Shown in pieces: positions 1 through 8,514 of a stretch of 64,000 bases of DNA. The stretch is from Candidatus Bathyarchaeota archaeon (GTDB taxonomy: Archaea; Thermoproteota; Bathyarchaeia; TCS64), in contig CAVYLP010000006.1 in assembly GCA_963769425.1 (NCBI GenBank), forward strand, positions 896,001 through 960,000, written 5' to 3'. Within the stretch, counting starts at the first letter, position 1, and every line of letters begins with the position of its first letter. The notes under the pieces are model-generated. The model was not told the origin of the DNA and did no database searches. It worked only from the letters and a program-made list of their open reading frames with translations. Position numbers and translations under genes: made by a program.

Positions 1-684
1 GACGTGCTCTCGTAGATAGTTGACGCCCACGTTCATCAGCTCGATAGCGTCCAGTGCACTCCTACCCTGCTCCGGTGAGCCCGCGGCGTGGCTCGTCTTT
101 CCATAGTAGTGGAACTTGACGGAGTTGATGGCGGTGCTGCTGGATAGGCCAGCGGTGTTGATGGAGCCGGGGTGGTGGCTCAGGCATGCATCAACGCCCT
201 TGAAGAGGCCCGCCCGCACCATGAAGACCTTGCCATCATAGTTCTCCTCCGCGGGACAGCCGTACATCTTGATGGTGCCCTTGATCCTCCCCTCCTTCAT
301 CTCTTGCTGGATCGCTAAAGCAGCGGCTACAGCGGTGACGCCGTGAATGTTGTGACCGCATCCATGCCCCGGTGCGCCTTGCCTCAGGGGTTGTTTTATA
401 GGCACTTTGTCGTTGCTTAGGCCGGGCAGAGCATCATATTCACCCATCAAGCCAATGGTGGGGCCAACACCATTGCTCCACGTCGCCGTGAAAGCGGTGG
501 GCATCCCCGCTACACCATGCTTTAACTCAAAATCGTATTTCTCCAATTCGTTTGTGAGGAGTTTAGATGATTTCTCCTCCATGAGTCCAAGTTCGGCATA
601 CCCCCAGACTTTGTCACTGAGCGATATGATCTGCTCAGAGTTAGTATCGATCCAGCCCCAAGCCTTCTGCTTCAAATTGGTCAC
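1..684 (-). CDS. M20D/AbgB-like amidohydrolase, 5' part (runs off window start)
   Basis: Read manually from GTG at 684: MTNLKQKAWGWID...YAELGL...GEYDALPG...GHGCGHN...PAEEN...SHHP; close paralog of 2523-3962. Confidence 0.9.
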   Translation of the reverse strand, partial: MTNLKQKAWGWIDTNSEQIISLSDKVWGYAELGLMEEKSSKLLTNELEKYDFELKHGVAGMPTAFTATWSNGVGPTIGLMGEYDALPGLSNDKVPIKQPLRQGAPGHGCGHNIHGVTAVAAALAIQQEMKEGRIKGTIKMYGCPAEENYDGKVFMVRAGLFKGVDACLSHHPGSINTAGLSSSTAINSVKFHYYGKTSHAAGSPEQGRSALDAIELMNVGVNYLREHV

Positions 685-911
685 CGATGTTTGTGAAGCA
701 GTTGTAGTCTGTTAAAACGTTACGCTGTGTTTGCATGTAGATGTATTAAAAAACATTCAGCGAACTTATGTGCCTAGGTTTGCGGGATGTTCGCGTAGGT
801 AAGAAACTATTCGGAAAAAATAGAACTCACATCTCCCTACCATGAAAGCTTCTCACAGAACCTCCGATCCAAATGTTCATTTTAATAAACAACTCTTCCT
901 GATGTTTCACC

Positions 912-1796
912 ATGCAAAAAATCACACCACATCTTTGGTACGATAAAGAAGCAAATGAGGCAGCCGAGCTCTACACCTCCATCTTCAAAGACGCGGAGAT
1001 CAAGAGCAGGCACATTCTTCATAACACCCCATCTGGCGACACGGACATGCTAACCATCGAGCTGCTGGGACAGGAATTCATGCTCATCAGCGCGGGCCCA
1101 TTCTTCAAGTTCAACCCATCCGTCTCGTTTCTCGTCTCCTGTAAGACAAAGGAGCAGGTCGATGAGTTCTGGAGAGGCCTCTCCCGTGGAAGCCGGGTGC
1201 TCATGAAGCTCGGCAAGTATCCTTTCAGCGAGAGATACGGGTGGGTGCAGGACAGGTACGGTCTCTCGTGGCAGCTGATGTCAACGAGGGGACGAGACTC
1301 GAAGCAGAGGATCACACCAACGATCATGTTCGCCGGCGACGTGTGTGGCAAGGCTGAGGAGGCCATCAACTTCTACACTTCGGTGTTCCACGACGCGAAG
1401 GTCGGGGACATTCTTCGCTATAGCAAGGGAATGGATCCTGACAAGGAGGAGACTGTGCAGCACGCCGCTTTCACCCTCGAGGGGCAGGAGTTCGCGGCAA
1501 TGGATAGCGCACGCGAACATATGTTCTCTTTCAACGAGGCCGTGTCATTTGTGGTCAAGTGTGAGACTCAGGCTGAGATGGATTACTACTGGGGGAAGCT
1601 ATCAGCCGATCCGAAGGCTGAGCAGTGCGGCTGGCTGAAGGATATGTACGGGCTCTCTTGGCAGATTGTTCCCACTGTGATGTCTAAGATGCTCATGGAT
1701 AAGGACGAGAGGAAGGTGGCGCGGGTTACCGAGGCGTTCCTCAAGATGAAGAAGTTCGATATTGCGGCTCTGGAGCGAGCATTCGAAGGAAAATAG
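912..1796 (+). CDS. VOC/PhnB-like protein (two 3-demethylubiquinone-9 3-methyltransferase-type domains)
   Basis: Duplicated ITP.L/IMF...YGWVQDRYGLSWQ and CGWLKDMYGLSWQI motifs; ends MKKFDIAAL. Confidence 0.9.
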   Translation: MQKITPHLWYDKEANEAAELYTSIFKDAEIKSRHILHNTPSGDTDMLTIELLGQEFMLISAGPFFKFNPSVSFLVSCKTKEQVDEFWRGLSRGSRVLMKLGKYPFSERYGWVQDRYGLSWQLMSTRGRDSKQRITPTIMFAGDVCGKAEEAINFYTSVFHDAKVGDILRYSKGMDPDKEETVQHAAFTLEGQEFAAMDSAREHMFSFNEAVSFVVKCETQAEMDYYWGKLSADPKAEQCGWLKDMYGLSWQIVPTVMSKMLMDKDERKVARVTEAFLKMKKFDIAALERAFEGK

Positions 1797-1923
1797 CTGT
1801 AAAGGAAGTAAAAAATACGTGCTTATCTTAGGATTATTTTGAGGACTATGGCCAGATAGGACTAGGGTTGATTTTTACATCCTTTAATTTAACCAAGAAA
1901 ACCTTAAGGGTTCGGCTGTCCGT

Positions 1924-2517
1924 GTGCTGGGCTTAGTGAGCCGATTGGATGGGGTAGATCTCGTTTCTCTTCTTCTCTTATCCGTCGGGCTCTCGATTGA
2001 TGTTCTCTCAGTCTCCGCGGTGACGGGGTTCGGGTTGGGAAGGGTGAACCGTGGGCAGATGCTTCGCCTCGCGGTGACTTTCGGGGCGTTCCATGTCTTC
2101 ATGCCTATCCTTGGGTGGCTCGCTGGAGGTTCGTTAATTGCCCTCATCTCAGGGTATGATCATTGGGTCGCTTTCCTACTCCTCGCCTTCGTGGGGGGTA
2201 GGATGCTTTTAGAAGGGGTTAGGGGCGGCGAGAAAGTCGATCCTTCTGCAATCTTCGAATTAAGGAGCTTACTCCTCTTCAGTCTAGCCGTCAGTGTTGA
2301 TAGCATCGCAGTGGGATTGAGCTTCGGCATCGGAGGCGTCCCAATTGTGTTTCCTGCAGCGTTGATTGGGGCCACAGCCTTCGCCTTCACCATCGTCGGC
2401 GTGACGGTTGGATGCAGGGCGGGTCAGTCGCTGGGGAAGTGGTCACAGATCATAGGCGGCTTGATTCTGATCCTTATCGGCCTAAGGGTGCTGATAAGCC
2501 ACCTGATGGGTGGTTGA
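1924..2517 (+). CDS. mntP: Manganese efflux pump MntP family
   Basis: LSIDVLSVS and AVSVDSIAVG repeats, about 6 TM segments, GGLILILIG near the C-terminus. Confidence 0.85.
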   Translation: MLGLVSRLDGVDLVSLLLLSVGLSIDVLSVSAVTGFGLGRVNRGQMLRLAVTFGAFHVFMPILGWLAGGSLIALISGYDHWVAFLLLAFVGGRMLLEGVRGGEKVDPSAIFELRSLLLFSLAVSVDSIAVGLSFGIGGVPIVFPAALIGATAFAFTIVGVTVGCRAGQSLGKWSQIIGGLILILIGLRVLISHLMGG

Positions 2518-2522
2518 GCCGG

Positions 2523-3962
2523 CTACTGTTGGGCCTTTTCGGCGGCGACCCTCGCTATCTCGAGTGGTGGCACGCAGTCTGCGGGTATCGGCGTCTTGTA
2601 GGTTCTACCCTTAAGACGCTCGGCGTGCTCGGCCTTTGCCTTCTTGAGTAGCTCGGGTTGGGTTATGAGGTCGAGGGCAGTGCCCGCGATTGTCTTGGCG
2701 GCGAAGTTGAGGCTCTTGTGGGCTACGCTGCTTCCGCTCATTGACACGAATTGCCAGCTGTGTCCCGGGGCGCCGAGGACGTTGAGGGTGGTGCCGAATT
2801 CGACGGTGGGGCATTTCCAGCTGACGTCGCCGACGTCGCTGCTGCCCGCCATTGCTTCGCCCTCGCCTGTGGGGTCGAGGATGTCGGTTGGTAGGTCTAC
2901 GTCGACGTATTTTTCCCAGTTCGGTATCTTGGATTTGCGGAGGCTGTCGACCTTCTGCTCCTTGGGGGTGTTTTTAGCGATCTCGGCGGCGAAGTCCAGC
3001 TCCTCCTTGGTGTATGTGGGTGCTCCGACTTCGCGCATGTTTTTGACGACTGTCTCGGCGACGGTCTTGTTGGGGATTATGTTGTAGAGACCGTCGATGA
3101 ACTCGACCTTGAGGGTGGTCTCCGTCATGAGGGCCGCGCCCTCTGCGATCTTGAGGATCCTGGCGTAGATGGGTTCTAGTTGGTCGCGTTCCGGTGCGCG
3201 TATGTAGTACCAGCTCCTCGCGTAGTCGGGGACCACGTTTGGCTGACCTCCTCCGGCCTCGATGACGTAGTGGACGCGTGCTTCCTGGATTATGTGCTCG
3301 CGGAGGTAGTTGACGCCGACGTTCATGAGCTCGATCGCGTCCAGGGCGCTCCTACCCTGCTCGGGGTTGGCGGCTGCGTGGCTGGTCTTGCCGTAGTAGT
3401 GGAACTTGACACCGTTGACGGCTGTGCTGCTTGATAGTCGGGCGGTGTTCATGCTGCTCGGGTGGTGACTCAGGCAGGCGTCCACGTCGTCGTAGTGGCC
3501 CTCCTTGACCATGAAGACCTTGCCCGCGTAGTTCTCCTCGGCGGGTGTACCGAAGAACTTCACTCGTGCGTTGATGTTGTCTGATTCAAGTTCGTAGCGG
3601 AGTGCTATTGCTCCGGCCATTCCGCTGACTCCGTGGACGTTGTGACCGCAACCATGACCCGCGTGACCTGGGGCTAAGGGCTCCTTCTGAGTGGAGACTT
3701 TCTGGCTGATTCCGGGTAGGGCGTCGAACTCGCCCTGGATTCCGATACAGGGTCCTCCCCTTCCCCACTCTGCTACGAAGGCGGTCGGCATCCCCGCGAT
3801 GCCTCTCTTGACTTTGAAGCCGTTCTTCTCCAGCTCGTCAGAGATTAGTTTGCTTGATCTGGTCTCCCAAAGTCCTAGCTCAGCATAGCCCCAGATCTGG
3901 TTGGCCATCTCAGCGAGGTGTTTCTGGTTTTCGTCTATCCATTTCCACGCGGTCTGTTTCAT
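2523..3962 (-). CDS. M20D/AbgB-like amidohydrolase
   Basis: GEFDALPG, GHGCGHN, PAEE, SHHP, GSSDVGDVSW, GHSWQ; start moved to MKQTAWKW. Confidence 0.92.
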   Translation of the reverse strand: MKQTAWKWIDENQKHLAEMANQIWGYAELGLWETRSSKLISDELEKNGFKVKRGIAGMPTAFVAEWGRGGPCIGIQGEFDALPGISQKVSTQKEPLAPGHAGHGCGHNVHGVSGMAGAIALRYELESDNINARVKFFGTPAEENYAGKVFMVKEGHYDDVDACLSHHPSSMNTARLSSSTAVNGVKFHYYGKTSHAAANPEQGRSALDAIELMNVGVNYLREHIIQEARVHYVIEAGGGQPNVVPDYARSWYYIRAPERDQLEPIYARILKIAEGAALMTETTLKVEFIDGLYNIIPNKTVAETVVKNMREVGAPTYTKEELDFAAEIAKNTPKEQKVDSLRKSKIPNWEKYVDVDLPTDILDPTGEGEAMAGSSDVGDVSWKCPTVEFGTTLNVLGAPGHSWQFVSMSGSSVAHKSLNFAAKTIAGTALDLITQPELLKKAKAEHAERLKGRTYKTPIPADCVPPLEIARVAAEKAQQ

Positions 3963-4042
3963 GGGTTGTTGTGTGGGGTTTAGAGGTTTAAGATTGATGG
4001 GTTTCCATCGAATCAATCAATCCTTATTTTACTATTTTGATT

Positions 4043-4069
4043 AATTAGTAAATTGCTAATTTACTAATT
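4043..4069. promoter_or_regulatory. Perfect 12-3-12 AT-rich inverted repeat upstream of amidohydrolase (possible operator)
   Basis: AATTAGTAAATT-gct-AATTTACTAATT. Confidence 0.5.
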
Positions 4070-4096
4070 TTATTAAATAGTATATTAGTTATGTTT

Positions 4097-4229
4097 TCCG
4101 GCCATTTCGCTGAACCCGTGGAGGTTGTAGCCGTAGTCATTACCGGCATGACTTGGAGCCAGTTGGTCCTTCTAGGTGAACCGTTTGGCTGATTCTATTA
4201 AGGGCGTCGAACTCGCCATTGGAGATTCC
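4097..4229 (-). pseudogene. Decayed internal fragment of an M20 amidohydrolase
   Basis: Aligns with 3612-3743 (17 nt identical: AGGGCGTCGAACTCGCC); translates GEFDALNRISQ..*KDQLAPSHAGNDYGYNLHGFSEMAG with a stop and an indel. Confidence 0.8.
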
Positions 4230-4232
4230 TTA

Positions 4233-4482
4233 TTCCTAGTAGCTGGAACTTACTTCCTTGTAGCTGGTATGTCTTCTTCCCTGTGGCGGGTATTTTCTTC
4301 CTAGTAGCTGGAATTCAATTCCTAGTAGCTGGTATTGTCTTCTTCCATGTAGCTGGAACTTACTTCCTGGTAGCGGGTATTTTCTTCCTTGTAGCTGGTA
4401 GTTTCTTCCATGTAGCTAGGAATGGGATTCCTTGTAGCATAGGATAACGATTTTCCGCCGCGCCAAATCCTAGCAGCAGGTA
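4233..4482. repeat. Tandem array of about 10 degenerate 21-24 bp units, core TTCCTAGTAGCTGGWA
   Basis: Example units: TTCCTAGTAGCTGGAACTTAC, TTCCTTGTAGCTGGTAGTTTC, TTCCTGGTAGCGGGTATTTTC; detached copy at 4467-4482. Confidence 0.92.
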
Positions 4483-4561
4483 CAAGAATTGATGGCTTGC
4501 TGTCTATCAGTGTGAGATTAGGAACATAACGGTGGAGTTAGAGTTGTGGATTTTGATTTTG

Positions 4562-4783
4562 TTAGTAGGCGTGTTTGGTGTATTTTTCGTAGTGTTTGCG
4601 GATTATTTCCATGACTTTGTCGGTCTCTTCCTTGTTGTGGACCTTTTGGAATGTGACGGTGTGCTCCCAGGCCTTGGTCTTGGGGTCTACCTTGATTATC
4701 TTGACGTAGACCTGTAGGCCGAGTTTTCTGAGCTCGGCGATTATCTCGGTCTCCTGCTGCTTTACCTCAGGGGGGATGGACGT
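4562..4783 (-). CDS. Small hypothetical protein (73 aa), ACG at the start position
   Basis: Open frame (M)SIPPEVKQQETEIIAELRKLGLQVYVKIIKVDP...KHAY* behind an SD-like AGGTGA; host-like codon usage; not in ORF track. Confidence 0.55.
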   Translation of the reverse strand, partial: TSIPPEVKQQETEIIAELRKLGLQVYVKIIKVDPKTKAWEHTVTFQKVHNKEETDKVMEIIRKHYEKYTKHAY

Positions 4784-4821
4784 GTGTTTTCACCTAGGGT
4801 GTGATTGGTGTCCCTGGGCGG

Positions 4822-4953
4822 TTATTTCTTGTGCTTGTAGCCGGCGGGGAGGCTTACTGCTTTGCGCTCTTTTGTTGCCTTCTTCTTGGCTCTGACTAGC
4901 TCGTTGTGTTTCTTGACGCCGTCGATCTTGTCCTGCTTGCTCTTTGTGGGCAT
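4822..4953 (-). CDS. Small lysine-rich basic peptide (43 aa)
   Basis: MPTKSKQDKIDGVKKHNELVRAKKKATKERKAVSLPAGYKHKK*; co-oriented upstream of 4562-4783. Confidence 0.5.
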   Translation of the reverse strand: MPTKSKQDKIDGVKKHNELVRAKKKATKERKAVSLPAGYKHKK

Positions 4954-5094
4954 GGTTGTTCTGCCCTTGCTGGGTGTTGGTTCGCCTTATAGGTATGGTT
5001 TTATGGGGGTACTTAGAAGACCTGGATATCGCTGCACTAAATATCCTGAAAGAAACTCCTATGTCTCACCCATTGGGAGATGTATACATAGACA

Positions 5095-5325
5095 ATGACC
5101 CGAAACGTGACCATTTCAACTAGGGTACCGTCGCAACTCAAATCCAAGATTAAGAAATACCGTTTAAACATGTCCAATATAATTAGGCAGGCACTAGAGT
5201 TAGAGGTAGCTAAGGCAGAGACAGAGAAACTCGACACCATGCTAGAGAAACTCAGCCCCGCCCTCAACCGAATAGACATCGATTCCGCGATAACGGGCAT
5301 CAGAAACGACAGAAACCACCGTTAA
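5095..5325 (+). CDS. Ribbon-helix-helix (CopG/VapB-type) antitoxin-like protein, orphan
   Basis: VTISTRVPSQLKSKI...NMSNIIRQALE RHH pattern; C-terminal IRxDR typical of archaeal VapB. Confidence 0.75.
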   Translation: MTRNVTISTRVPSQLKSKIKKYRLNMSNIIRQALELEVAKAETEKLDTMLEKLSPALNRIDIDSAITGIRNDRNHR

Positions 5326-5491
5326 AATGAGGGTCCACGAAACCGTGAACCCCTTACCCCACCCGGACATTCCGACCTAAGTCGGCTGGGCTTTCGCCCA
5401 AGAAACCATCCCATCTACACTTTTTAAAGATTACCGAAGCAAAACCTTTACTTGAAGCCGTAGACCCCCTGGCGCGCGCATTGTAGCGAGG

Positions 5492-5551
5492 GAAAAAGGA
5501 GCTGTTTTCATGTCTCCCTTGTACCCTGTAGGGGGTATAAGAGAAAAAAAG
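5492..5551 (+). repeat. Left copy of ~60-bp imperfect inverted repeat (partner 18665-18727)
   Basis: GAAAAAGGAGCTGTTTTCATGTCTCCCTTGTACCCTGTAGGGGGTATAAGAGAAAAAAA aligns with the reverse complement of 18665-18727. Confidence 0.8.
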
Positions 5552-5596
5552 GTCTTGTAGCTTGTCCGTTATGGTGTAAAATGGTCATAAATCTGC

Positions 5597-5701
5597 TTAT
5601 CGGATTTGGGGGCAATCCGAGGCGTAACACCTACCTCTTAACCTCTTACAGTAGCCGCCCTTCTCAAACCTGCAGACCTGACTCAGCCTCTCAAAACTCA
5701 C
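5597..5701 (-). CDS. Possible 34-aa four-cysteine peptide
   Basis: MSFERLSQVCRFEKGGYCKRLRGRCYASDCPQIR, GTG start after a purine-rich SD-like stretch. Confidence 0.35.
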   Translation of the reverse strand: MSFERLSQVCRFEKGGYCKRLRGRCYASDCPQIR

Positions 5702-5747
5702 CCTTATCCTCGCTCCACCTGATTGTGTGCCGAGGATCATAACTAAT

Positions 5748-6557
5748 TCAGAGGAATGTTTTAGGCTCTTTTCTGTCGCCATGTTGCGTAGACAGCCATT
5801 TTGCTACACGAAGTAAAGGCTCATGCTCCCAGCGCCTAGCTCCAGTTGGACAGCCCTGAATACAAGCACTACATAGGATACACTTCTCAACCTCAGTCTT
5901 CACTACATCAGAAACCTCAACACACCCCGTCGGACAAACACTCGCGCACACACCACACAGGTTACAAGTCCCTGCATCTGTGACCGGGTGTGCACCAGCG
6001 CGGATCGCCACTGTTCGAGTCCGAGTATTCTCAGAATAGGGATAATTACCCGGTACCATCAAAACTGGAAACTCATCAAGGCTCTTCACTTTTCCCAGGA
6101 TTTGTAATCCGAATTCATGTGCTTTCTTGAGATCCAACTCATCGGGTCTTCCAGCTCCGATGGGCGTCTTCTCAGTGCTGAAACTATGTTGACCAATGAA
6201 GGCAGCACCAGCTACCGGCGTGAAACCCTGCTCCTTAATGGTGTCGTTTAACTCGAGTAGTGAATCCTCAAAGTCTCTGTTTCCATACATTACAACGAGT
6301 ACGGCTGGAGTTTTATCTCCCTTGACCATTTTAAGTCGGTTGATTACGGTTGTGGGAACTCGTCCTTCGTAGGTTGGTGTCGAAAATATCGCGAGTTCGT
6401 CTCTTCCCAGTCGATAGTGCTGGTTGGTGTTCCGGGGGGTAAGATCAATAGTGTTGGTAACCAGTTTCATCGCTGAAGCAATTTCTTTGACTATTTTCTT
6501 TCCGGTTCCAGTTGGGGAGAAGTAGACCAGATTTACCTTAGTTATATTCAAAGTCAT
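5748..6557 (-). CDS. Flavodoxin + 2x[4Fe-4S] ferredoxin fusion (EFR1-like)
   Basis: YFSPTGTG, YGNRDFED, CNLCGVCASVCP and CILCSACIQGCP. Confidence 0.9.
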   Translation of the reverse strand: MTLNITKVNLVYFSPTGTGKKIVKEIASAMKLVTNTIDLTPRNTNQHYRLGRDELAIFSTPTYEGRVPTTVINRLKMVKGDKTPAVLVVMYGNRDFEDSLLELNDTIKEQGFTPVAGAAFIGQHSFSTEKTPIGAGRPDELDLKKAHEFGLQILGKVKSLDEFPVLMVPGNYPYSENTRTRTVAIRAGAHPVTDAGTCNLCGVCASVCPTGCVEVSDVVKTEVEKCILCSACIQGCPTGARRWEHEPLLRVAKWLSTQHGDRKEPKTFL

Positions 6558-6647
6558 TATTTAAAGGAATGAACGCGTAGAAAGGCCTTTTTGCTTTGAA
6601 CAAATCGAGAGCACGCGCACACGTCGCCATAATTCCAGATATGGAAA

Positions 6648-8144
6648 TTATGCAACCTTGAAGATTACTCCACCCCGCCTCGTCCTGTTAGGTAGCACCA
6701 GTGTCTGGGGCTCCCTCTCCCCGAGCACCTCCGTCGCCTTAGCCCACGCCGAATCAAAGTCCCTCGCAGGCACCATCCCCACGGAGCGGGCTGCCTTCGG
6801 GTTCAGCGCCCCGGCGCATATCACGGTGTAGTTGTCGAGGGCCCACTGGGCGTTGTAGAACATCCAGAAGGGATGCAGGGGGTGAAAAGCCCTCGCATGC
6901 CTGTACCGGAAGATGTAGTCGTCTCGGTGCAGGAACTCGTCCTCGAAATCCACCATCTCCGCGGCGTTCTGGCCAACCTTATTGAATACCTTGATGACCT
7001 CCTCATCCGACTGGCGAGCCTCCGATATCCTCCCATCGCAGGGAGCAGCAACTATGAAGACCCCACCAGGCCTGAGGAACGGTTTCCCGATGTAGTCCTT
7101 CAGCGGGTGTGAGCTCACCTGGGAGGCCAGGATGGCCAGAGGGTTGTTAGAGGTGTCGTAGGTCGTCTGCGGGCCACACCCGGCCACCACGACATCCACC
7201 TCAGAGGGGAGCTCCACAATCCTCTCCTTATCCAGCACCCTCCACATTGGCTCCTGGATCTCCCGGTAGTGACCGGCCCTGAAGATGCTCCACCTCGAGT
7301 TGACGTTCCCGAAGCCATCCAGGTTGAATATCGGCTTCCCGGTCGCCTCCTCAATCCGATCCTGAATCGCGTGTTTATGCTCCCTGTAGAGGTTATCCCT
7401 CGGCGAGCAGTGAGTAGACCTAGGGTCGGCTATTATCGAGTAGGTGTGAGTCGAGCCAATCGCCTTCGCGCTCCCAAGCCCAACCGTCAAACCACTGCTC
7501 CCACCATACCCACCATAGGTGCCCAGGGGGGCGAAGCAGCCGCCGAGGAAAATCACGAGGTCTGAGTCCTGAACACACCTGTTATACTCAACGTAGTCGC
7601 CTAGCTTCGAGTACCCGAGAAAGACCAACTCGTCCGGGTCGGAGCAGTCCGGGTTCTTGATCCCCCTAGGATAAACGGTACCTGGTGGCCAGAACTTGTT
7701 CACAACATCAGCCGCAAGCATCGAAGCTGCCCCGCCAGATCGATTGGGATGAGCAGCCCAGGGAGCATCGGGGCCAGTGGGGGGCAGCAACTCTTTCCTC
7801 CCCAGCTTCGGGTAGCAGCCGAGCCCAGGCATGAAGGTGATATCCGAGTCCTCGACCCCCGCCCTGTGAAGTTCCTCAAGAACCACAGGCGCGCTGACGG
7901 AGCCGTGACCTTGGTGTGTATGGAACCCTATGGTGACCTTGCTTCCCTTCCTGACGATGTCAGATATCCTATCCATTCCCAGGGGGTTCTCCAGTGCTCG
8001 CTTGACTGCCTCGGAGGGGTCAGGCAGCTCGGGAGTCACCTGCTCCGATGGAATGTTCTCGAAAACGATCGCTGATTCTGGCACATGGACCTCCCAACTC
8101 AAGTCGCCGTACTCTATCCCGTGAACAACCTTCATCTCGACCAT
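6648..8144 (-). CDS. Divergent lactate-racemase (LarA/DUF2088) domain protein
   Basis: EAVKRALENPLG, GSKVTI, VEYNRCVQDSDLVI, LRPGGVFIVAAPCDG; canonical DxTR motif absent. Confidence 0.7.
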   Translation of the reverse strand: MVEMKVVHGIEYGDLSWEVHVPESAIVFENIPSEQVTPELPDPSEAVKRALENPLGMDRISDIVRKGSKVTIGFHTHQGHGSVSAPVVLEELHRAGVEDSDITFMPGLGCYPKLGRKELLPPTGPDAPWAAHPNRSGGAASMLAADVVNKFWPPGTVYPRGIKNPDCSDPDELVFLGYSKLGDYVEYNRCVQDSDLVIFLGGCFAPLGTYGGYGGSSGLTVGLGSAKAIGSTHTYSIIADPRSTHCSPRDNLYREHKHAIQDRIEEATGKPIFNLDGFGNVNSRWSIFRAGHYREIQEPMWRVLDKERIVELPSEVDVVVAGCGPQTTYDTSNNPLAILASQVSSHPLKDYIGKPFLRPGGVFIVAAPCDGRISEARQSDEEVIKVFNKVGQNAAEMVDFEDEFLHRDDYIFRYRHARAFHPLHPFWMFYNAQWALDNYTVICAGALNPKAARSVGMVPARDFDSAWAKATEVLGEREPQTLVLPNRTRRGGVIFKVA

Positions 8145-8234
8145 CCGAGTGTCTCCTTAAGTTTTAGCGTTGATTTGGCCTGATGTTATAAGCTTATGCA
8201 TGTACGCACGAAGCGCGTGCAACCATGGTCATTT

Positions 8235-8416
8235 TGACACAGATCTACGTGTATTCATCGAGATTAACAGATTTTTCGAGACTAGAGTCGAGGTTAAGAA
8301 TTAGGGACGGGGAGCATCAGACTCTTGAGACTCTGATCAACGAGGAAGCTCAACTATTTGCCAAGTATCTGCGAGGCGAGATCAAGAGCTGGACTCCGAG
8401 AATAGCCTTAATCTAA
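8235..8416 (+). pseudogene. Probable C-terminal relic of a stand-alone archaeal Cas1
   Basis: Across frames reads ..FFETRVEV-RIRDGEHQTLETLINEEAQLFAKYLRGEIKSWTPR, resembling (from recall) C-termini of solo Cas1 proteins; no catalytic core. Confidence 0.5.
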
Positions 8417-8514
8417 ATTGCTCACCCACGCATGCTTGATCAAGGATTGAGCCCAATTTAGCCCTAGCGTACATATGCAATCTTATCTCCAGCGACGCCC
8501 CAAGCAACTCTTGT

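Noticed and set aside
4097-4229. DGR template/variable repeat pair with the amidohydrolase
   Set aside because: Differences are not adenine-specific, include indels, and no reverse transcriptase is present.
4233-4482. CRISPR array
   Set aside because: Units are contiguous with only 5-8 variable nt; no 30-45 nt unique spacers and no cas operon.
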